11,875 nucleotides of DNA from a virus. Its lineage: Duplodnaviria > Heunggongvirae > Uroviricota > Caudoviricetes. Of the stretch, positions 6,815 to 11,875 are shown piece after piece. The first letter of the stretch is position 1. The number at the start of each line of letters is the position of its first letter. Both the position numbers and the translations under genes were made by a program. The DNA lies in IMG/VR virus record IMGVR_UViG_2698536366_000007; one strand, given 5' to 3'. Under the pieces are notes generated by a model. That model was not told the origin of the DNA. It saw only the letters and a list, made by a program, of their open reading frames with translations, and did no database searches.

Positions 6815-7232
6815 TCCAGTATCCGGATGGTAAGCCGCCGGTATGGGCAAAGTGTACGAAAGGTGTGTATCCGTCTTACTGGGAAGAATGGAAAAAAGTC
6901 AGGGAGGTGGTAAAAGTTGCCTGTCCGGAGTGTGGCGGAAAGGGTGAGGTTTCCACCGCCTGTAAGGATTGCCGTGGGCGTGGTGTCGCCATTCATCGTG
7001 AAGAGTCGGTAAAACGTGGTATGCCTGTTATCAGAGACTGCCAGCGTTGTGGTGGTCGTGGCTATGAAAGACTACCATCAACGGAGGCATTTAATGCTAT
7101 ATGCGAGGTGACAAACCAGATAACACGCGCGTCATGGGAAAAAACAGTTAAGAAATTCTATGATGCGCTGGTGACTCGGTTTGATATTGAAGAAGCATGG
7201 GCTGAGCGGCAGTTAAAAAAGGTAACTAGGTT
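6815..7232 (+). pseudogene. 3' fragment of a second Q antiterminator gene (about 139 codons), stop codon lost through a small deletion
   Basis: About 99% identical to 3634-4051, with SNPs and a 6-bp deletion that removes the stop; fused to the IS600 fragment. Confidence 0.8.
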
Positions 7233-7258
7233 GATTTTTCCGGAATCTGTGGTAAATT
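7231..7258 (+). promoter_or_regulatory. second copy of the PR'-like promoter
   Basis: Same -35 TTGATT and extended -10 TGgTAAATT as at 4057-4084. Confidence 0.45.
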
Positions 7259-7307
7259 CGTCATAACTATGGGCGTTTTATGCCTGACGTTAGAAGAGTT
7301 TCTACAA

Positions 7308-7329
7308 CCCGCCGCCGAGCGGGTTTTTT
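7308..7329 (+). terminator. second copy of the tR'-like terminator
   Basis: Same CCCGC-cgccga-GCGGG stem plus T-run as at 4134-4155. Confidence 0.65.
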
Positions 7330-7368
7330 ATTGCGGAATTAATTACGGACCGTTATTATTCTGCTCCC

Positions 7369-7444
7369 GGCCCTTTAGCTCAGTGGTGAGAGCGAGCGAC
7401 TCATAATCGCCAGGTCGCTGGTTCAAATCCAGCAAGGGCCACCA
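7369..7444 (+). tRNA. ileZ: tRNA-Ile (CAU), copy B
   Basis: Identical to 5723-5798. Confidence 0.85.
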
Positions 7445-7451
7445 TCACAAA

Positions 7452-7531
7452 CCGCCATTAGCTTATCAGGAAGAGCAGACGACACGATAACAGGGTTGTT
7501 GGTGCGGGGGCGGGTCCCCGATGGCGGTCCA
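7452..7531 (+). pseudogene. degenerate tRNA-Arg-like sequence (probable tRNA pseudogene), copy B
   Basis: Acceptor and D arms match the copy-A tRNA-Arg(UCG), but the anticodon arm is replaced by unrelated sequence and the T-loop lacks TTCRA. Confidence 0.6.
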
Positions 7532-7544
7532 TTATCGGTATTCA

Positions 7545-7621
7545 GCGTTGTTAGCTCAGCCGGACAGAGCAATTGCCTTCTAAGCAATCGGTCACTGGTT
7601 CGAATCCAGTACAGCGCGCCA
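7545..7621 (+). tRNA. argO: tRNA-Arg (UCU), copy B
   Basis: Same as 5896-5972 with one acceptor-stem change (A to G, giving a G-U pair). Confidence 0.8.
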
Positions 7622-7731
7622 TATTCATTCTTCCAGATTCCTTCCGGCAGAGCCTTATACTGAAATATACCTGGCTCAGGATATTGTTGAAAATATTTTA
7701 TGTTTGTCAAAAATAAAAGTTCTGTTAAGTA

Positions 7732-8085
7732 TTGATTGAGTGTTTGTTATACGGTCTAATGGTTTTTTCAGCATTAAATATTTATCATTCATATGGTGTG
7801 GGTAGAGTGAATATTGATGAGGCGTCGGGGTGTTTCATCCTTAGGCAGCGTATTGATATAGTCAATGCAGCACGAGCAAAGGCCTTCAGCCGTTTGACAG
7901 TTTTGTTCTGTACTCCTGATCGTCTTTCGGGAAGAGACGTTATTATTCTGAATAGTGATGCTATACAGAGGGTTTGCGATGAGTTCATGGTTGCTAATTC
8001 AGAATTATTTGCTCTTGTTCAGGAGTACAACAGAATAGCCAGGACCTGTGGTATGGATGAACTTCGGATTACTCATCTGGGGTAG
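7732..8085 (+). CDS. hypothetical cargo protein (up to 117 aa) in AT-rich DNA, copy 1; start codon uncertain
   Basis: Longest ORF in the post-tRNA slot; track start 7732 is TTG, first in-frame ATG at 7759, in-frame GTGs at 7798 and 7807; no strong SD; no family recognised. Confidence 0.45.
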   Translation: MIECLLYGLMVFSALNIYHSYGVGRVNIDEASGCFILRQRIDIVNAARAKAFSRLTVLFCTPDRLSGRDVIILNSDAIQRVCDEFMVANSELFALVQEYNRIARTCGMDELRITHLG

Positions 8086-8280
8086 ATACATATCTGGATT
8101 ATCACCTGTTACGGTAAAAAGTGATTGCTTACTGTTTTTGTGAATGGCATTGCAGCAGCCGGATAATGTCAGTGCTGGCTGACGGTGTGCTGGTGGCGGG
8201 TGTGGTGGTTGTTGCTTTCCCGTTGCTGAAAAAGAAAACGCCAGACTGTTAGCCGGGTATCAGTTAGCGGGAGAAATTTT

Positions 8281-8685
8281 TAAATACTTCACAATTCAGG
8301 CGGTTGACTGTTGTCTGGTTTGCGGGGAGTTTGTTAAAAGAAACTGGCATGGTGAATCCCCCTGTGCGGAGGGGCAATCAGCGAGTAGGTATATGGGATA
8401 ATCGCGGATTCAGGTGCTGGTACTGAATTCACCGGGAGGCACCCGGCATCATGCAATGGCACATAGCGCCACTCTCCAGCCCTCTCCGGAGGGGCTTTTC
8501 TGTGCCGGATACATCACAGTTTCTGGAACCTTAGGTACTACAGTATCAGTCAGGGTGCTATATTTTCAGATGTGATGAAAGCCTGTCAGCAGGCAGGGCG
8601 TATCGGAAATGACCCAGTAGAGAAAACGTTGACTCAGATACCGGTGCTGAGTTACCGGGAAACCGGCATCACATGACCGCTATCC
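8281..8685 (+). repeat. conserved non-coding element X, copy B
   Basis: Matches 6011-6416 (SNPs in the first 40 bp, identical thereafter up to the IS600 junction). Confidence 0.7.
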
Positions 8686-8728
8686 TGAGGTGTACTGGCA
8701 ATAGCGGACACTACCATTTGTTCTTTTT

Positions 8729-9547
8729 TTAAGCAGCCATCTGATGATATTTTTCCCTGAAGGCTGCCGGGGAGATATTCCCCAGACGAGAGTGACGACG
8801 CTGACGATTGTAGAAAATCTCAATGTATTCCCGTATTACTGAGATGGCTTCATCCCGGTTATTAAAACGATAGTGGCTCAGGCTCTCATTTTTCAGCGTT
8901 CCCCAGAAGCTTTCCATCGGAGCGTTGTCGTAACAGTTACCTTTACGCGACATTGATGTTTTCAGACCAGACTGCTCCTGTATGACCCGGTAATCGTATG
9001 CGCAGTACTGTGAACCTCGATCAGAGTGGTGGATTAGCCCGGCAGGTGGGCGCTGGCTCCTGAGCGCCATAAACAGGGCTTTACCTGTCAGCTCTTTTGT
9101 CATGCGCTCTCCCATGGCGTAGCCGACAATTTCGCACGTATAAACATCTTTGATGCCAGCGAGGTACAACCATCCCTCCTGTGTGGCAACATACGTCAGG
9201 TCCGCCACCCAGACCTGATTTGGTGCTGTAGGAGCGAACGTCTGGTTCAGCAGATTTGGCGCAACTGGCAGATTGTGGTTCGAGTTCGTAGTCGCTCTGA
9301 ACTTGCGTTTCTGCTTACAGCGTAGCCTTAGCTCCTTACGAAGACGTGCCAGTCGGTCACGACCAACGATGATGCCATTCTCTGCCAGCTCCGTCTGGAG
9401 CCGCCGGGTTCCATATGTTTCGCGAGTGCGGATATGTGCCACCTTAATCTCCAGTTTTAGCCGCTCATCACTTTGTTTTCTGTCTGAGGGTTCATGCTGT
9501 ACCCAGTTGTAATAACCGCTCCTGGATACACCAAATACCTGACACAT
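8729..9547 (-). CDS. IS600 transposase OrfB (DDE integrase domain), expressed as an OrfAB fusion by -1 frameshifting
   Basis: 272 aa from the first ATG; IS3-family OrfB sequence; the frame is open upstream into the orfA 3' end. Confidence 0.9.
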   Translation of the reverse strand: MCQVFGVSRSGYYNWVQHEPSDRKQSDERLKLEIKVAHIRTRETYGTRRLQTELAENGIIVGRDRLARLRKELRLRCKQKRKFRATTNSNHNLPVAPNLLNQTFAPTAPNQVWVADLTYVATQEGWLYLAGIKDVYTCEIVGYAMGERMTKELTGKALFMALRSQRPPAGLIHHSDRGSQYCAYDYRVIQEQSGLKTSMSRKGNCYDNAPMESFWGTLKNESLSHYRFNNRDEAISVIREYIEIFYNRQRRHSRLGNISPAAFREKYHQMAA

Positions 9548-9582
9548 CGCTTCAATGGGAAATTGTTGTCGCCATTGTTCGA

Positions 9583-9885
9583 TTAACGCGTATTTTTCAG
9601 CGACTCCTGTGCAAAATACGCTGTTGCTTTTTTTAATATATCTCGCTCAAGGCGAGCTTCATTTAACGCCTTACGCAGTTGCAGAATTTCAGATTCCAGT
9701 TCAGCCACCGTGCGGGAACCAGGAGTACCGAGCCCTTTTCTGGCGGCGGTAACCCATTGTCCTAAAGTGCCTTCAGGAAGAGATAATCGGGAAGCGCCTT
9801 CACTGATCGAAAGTTGATTTTCAAGAACCGTTCTGACAGCTTCGGCTTTGAACTCTTTAGAGTAACGTTGGGTTTTTCTGCTCAT
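9583..9885 (-). CDS. IS600 transposase OrfA (helix-turn-helix / leucine zipper)
   Basis: 100 aa; A AAA AAG slippery heptamer on the coding strand (plus-strand T7 run at 9628-9634) near its 3' end. Confidence 0.9.
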   Translation of the reverse strand: MSRKTQRYSKEFKAEAVRTVLENQLSISEGASRLSLPEGTLGQWVTAARKGLGTPGSRTVAELESEILQLRKALNEARLERDILKKATAYFAQESLKNTR

Positions 9886-10001
9886 TATTAGCTCCTTCTG
9901 ATGCCATTCTATTTCAGGAAGGAGTGTCCGTTAAACTCAGGCTACCTCAAGGGTGGTTTTTTATTGCGGAATTAATTACGGACCGTTATTATTCTGCTCC
10001 C

Positions 10002-10077
10002 GGCCCTTTAGCTCAGTGGTGAGAGCGAGCGACTCATAATCGCCAGGTCGCTGGTTCAAATCCAGCAAGGGCCACCA
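10002..10077 (+). tRNA. ileZ: tRNA-Ile (CAU), copy C
   Basis: Identical to 7369-7444. Confidence 0.85.
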
Positions 10078-10084
10078 TCACAAA

Positions 10085-10164
10085 CCGCCATTAGCTTATC
10101 AGGAAGAGCAGACGACACGATAACAGGGTTGTTGGTGCGGGGGCGGGTCCCCGATGGCGGTCCA
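10085..10164 (+). pseudogene. degenerate tRNA-Arg-like sequence, copy C
   Basis: Identical to 7452-7531. Confidence 0.6.
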
Positions 10165-10177
10165 TTATCGGTATTCA

Positions 10178-10254
10178 GCGTTGTTAGCTCAGCCGGACAG
10201 AGCAATTGCCTTCTAAGCAATCGGTCACTGGTTCGAATCCAGTACAGCGCGCCA
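10178..10254 (+). tRNA. argO: tRNA-Arg (UCU), copy C
   Basis: Identical to 7545-7621. Confidence 0.8.
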
Positions 10255-10364
10255 TATTCATTCTTCCAGATTCCTTCCGGCAGAGCCTTATACTGAAATA
10301 TACCTGGCTCAGGATATTGTTGAAAATATTTTATGTTTGTCAAAAATAAAAGTTCTGTTAAGTA

Positions 10365-10718
10365 TTGATTGAGTGTTTGTTATACGGTCTAATGGTTTTT
10401 TCAGCATTAAATATTTATCATTCATATGGTGTGGGTAGAGTGAATATTGATGAGGCGTCGGGGTGTTTCATCCTTAGGCAGCGTATTGATATAGTCAATG
10501 CAGCACGAGCAAAGGCCTTCAGCCGTTTGACAGTTTTGTTCTGTACTCCTGATCGTCTTTCGGGAAGAGACGTTATTATTCTGAATAGTGATGCTATACA
10601 GAGGGTTTGCGATGAGTTCATGGTTGCTAATTCAGAATTATTTGCTCTTGTTCAGGAGTACAACAGAATAGCCAGGACCTGTGGTATGGATGAACTTCGG
10701 ATTACTCATCTGGGGTAG
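10365..10718 (+). CDS. hypothetical cargo protein (up to 117 aa), copy 2
   Basis: Identical to 7732-8085. Confidence 0.45.
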   Translation: MIECLLYGLMVFSALNIYHSYGVGRVNIDEASGCFILRQRIDIVNAARAKAFSRLTVLFCTPDRLSGRDVIILNSDAIQRVCDEFMVANSELFALVQEYNRIARTCGMDELRITHLG

Positions 10719-10922
10719 ATACATATCTGGATTATCACCTGTTACGGTAAAAAGTGATTGCTTACTGTTTTTGTGAATGGCATTGCAGCAGCCGGATAAT
10801 GTCAGTGCTGGCTGACGGTGTGCTGGTGGCGGGTGTGGTGGTTGTTGCTTTCCCGTTGCTGAAAAAGAAAACGCCAGACTGTTAGCCGGGTATCAGTTAG
10901 CGGGAGAAATTTTTAAATACTT

Positions 10923-11130
10923 CACAATTCAGGCGGTTGACTGTTGTCTGGTTTGCGGGGAGTTTGTTAAAAGAAACTGGCATGGTGAATCCCCCTGTGC
11001 GGAGGGGCAATCAGCGAGTAGGTATATGGGATAATCGCGGATTCAGGTGCTGGTACTGAATTCACCGGGAGGCACCCGGCACCATGCAATGGCACATAGC
11101 GCCACTCTCCAGCCCCTCTCCGGAGGGGCT
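10923..11130 (+). repeat. conserved non-coding element X, copy C (core only)
   Basis: Matches the 6011-6227 core with two differences, then diverges into unique AT-rich sequence. Confidence 0.7.
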
Positions 11131-11162
11131 GTTTATATTGATTTTGTCAGATGTGAGTAAAC

Positions 11163-11196
11163 TCCTTATGGACTTTGTTGTTTTAGTCCATAAGGA
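11163..11196. terminator. perfect 12-bp stem hairpin (TCCTTATGGACT ...10 nt... AGTCCATAAGGA), probable terminator for the minus-strand ORF
   Basis: Exact inverted repeat overlapping the stop of the 11166-11501 minus-strand ORF; U-tract is weak on both strands. Confidence 0.5.
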
Positions 11197-11501
11197 CATA
11201 TTTGCAGAGTGCAACGGTTATTAAAGCATTCATTCAATACGTTATCTGTATTTGTAGGGCATTCCTGGCTATTTTTGATTGAATTCCAGAATGTTTTATT
11301 GAATGGTACTACGTTGTAAATGGTTACAGGTAGCACTTTGTTATTGAGCATGATGCCTGTGTGAGTCAGTGTAAATATACTTTCAGGAGGTAAGAAAGCA
11401 TCCGATTGATACCAGATTATTAATTTTATTTTACTCCATATGACTGAAAAAGATATTCCGCATGATGGCTGGATAACTGTATCAATCACAATCCACTTCA
11501 T
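11166..11501 (-). CDS. hypothetical protein (111 aa) in an AT-rich island, oriented against late transcription; moron-like
   Basis: ATG with SD AAGGA at 6-nt spacing on the minus strand; hairpin at its 3' end; AT-rich codon usage distinct from the phage backbone; no family recognised. Confidence 0.5.
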   Translation of the reverse strand: MKWIVIDTVIQPSCGISFSVIWSKIKLIIWYQSDAFLPPESIFTLTHTGIMLNNKVLPVTIYNVVPFNKTFWNSIKNSQECPTNTDNVLNECFNNRCTLQICPYGLKQQSP

Positions 11502-11761
11502 TTAGTTTCCTTGTTTATGCCTTGCTGGTGATGTTCTGAAAAGTATAAATGATATTTTTGAATGTAAACCATAGAGCAGAATTATTTTTCTGATGTTGTT
11601 TATTGTTTATTTAAATGCAGGGTGGTTTATATCTCGTCTTGTAGTTTATCCATGCATATCTGCTTGATAATCAGGTTTTTATTTAAGGTATGGTTTTGTG
11701 TTTTTTCTGTATTACATGTCAGGTATTTTAAAGAATTATTTTTCAGATGGTGGAAAGAACC

Positions 11762-11875
11762 ATGGCATTTAAACACTATGATGTTGTCAGGGCGGCGCCG
11801 CCGTCAGATCTTGCGGAAAAGCTGACACATAAACTGAAAGAGGGCTGGCAGCCGTTTGGTAGTCCGGTGGCCATA
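11762..11875 (+). CDS. 5' end of a conserved lambdoid late-region protein (possibly DUF1737-like), continuing beyond the window
   Basis: ATG 11762 (MAFKHYDVVRAAPPSDLAEKLTHKLKEGWQPFGSPVAI...) with a purine-rich stretch upstream; GC content returns to backbone level; family assignment is from memory. Confidence 0.55.
   Translation, partial: MAFKHYDVVRAAPPSDLAEKLTHKLKEGWQPFGSPVAI

Larger units (their letters stand above)
8686..9952 (-). mobile_element. IS600 (IS3 family), complete 1267-bp copy
   Basis: Imperfect terminal inverted repeats TGAGGT...CGGACACT at both ends; orfA and orfB in a -1 relationship with an A7G slippery site. Confidence 0.9.

Noticed and set aside
6460-6996. 178-aa minus-strand ORF
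   Set aside because: Chimeric artefact: the C-terminal ~120 aa are the IS600 OrfB C-terminus, while the N-terminal part is antisense translation of the Q fragment, created by the deletion junction at 6814/6815.
7423-7710. 95-aa minus-strand ORF (and its duplicate at 10056-10343)
   Set aside because: Lies entirely across the tRNA genes and the degenerate tRNA; an ORF-finder artefact in structured RNA sequence.
7785-7988. 67-aa minus-strand ORF (and duplicate 10418-10621)
   Set aside because: Antisense within the longer 117-aa ORF; shorter and no RBS.
9273-9752. Plus-strand ORFs 9273-9512 and 9555-9752 inside IS600
   Set aside because: Antisense to the IS600 transposase frames.
5690-11140. 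Possible CRISPR array, suggested by the repeated structure
   Set aside because: The repeats are kilobase-scale duplications of tRNA, ORF and IS modules, not short direct repeats with unique spacers.
10254-11762. Shiga toxin genes (stxA/stxB) expected after ileZ-argN-argO
   Set aside because: No reading frame resembling StxA or StxB in any of the three post-tRNA regions.
11622-11825. 67-aa plus-strand ORF
   Set aside because: Out of frame with, and overlapping, the better-supported late gene starting at ATG 11762; AT-rich low-complexity translation.

Overview
This window reads as a mosaic, IS600-scarred lambdoid prophage segment (Escherichia/Shigella type) running from the nin-like early region through the Q antiterminator into the late-operon accessory (moron) slot. 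All calls are by eye from the sequence and the ORF track; no database search was run. Left to right: the last 51 bp of an IS600 copy lying upstream (1-51), truncating a gene (52-250); three translationally coupled small ORFs (261-849); a Hok/Gef-family type I toxin locus with mok-like extension and terminator (1004-1311); a probably frameshifted small gene (1437-1792); a DUF968-like HNH/zinc-finger protein (1794-2852); a RusA-like resolvase (2853-3233); a phage-82/Qin-type Q antiterminator (3230-4051) followed by a PR'-like promoter and tR' terminator. Downstream come a small winged-helix-like ORF, a beta-class amino DNA methyltransferase, and a tRNA triplet (Ile-CAU, Arg-UCG, Arg-UCU). The tRNA/cargo module then recurs three times in diverged form: copy A (5690-6814) ends in a 398-bp IS600 fragment fused to a 3' Q fragment; copy B (7320-9952) carries tRNAs, a 117-aa cargo ORF, a conserved non-coding element and a complete IS600; copy C (9953-11130) repeats B without the IS. 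In B and C the middle tRNA is degenerate. The window ends with an AT-rich island carrying a divergently oriented 111-aa ORF (11166-11501) and the start of a conserved late gene (11762-). No stx genes and no CRISPR array are present. The most interesting candidates are the duplicated 117-aa cargo ORF, the AT-rich island ORF, the thrice-repeated non-coding element, and the methyltransferase with its small upstream ORF.
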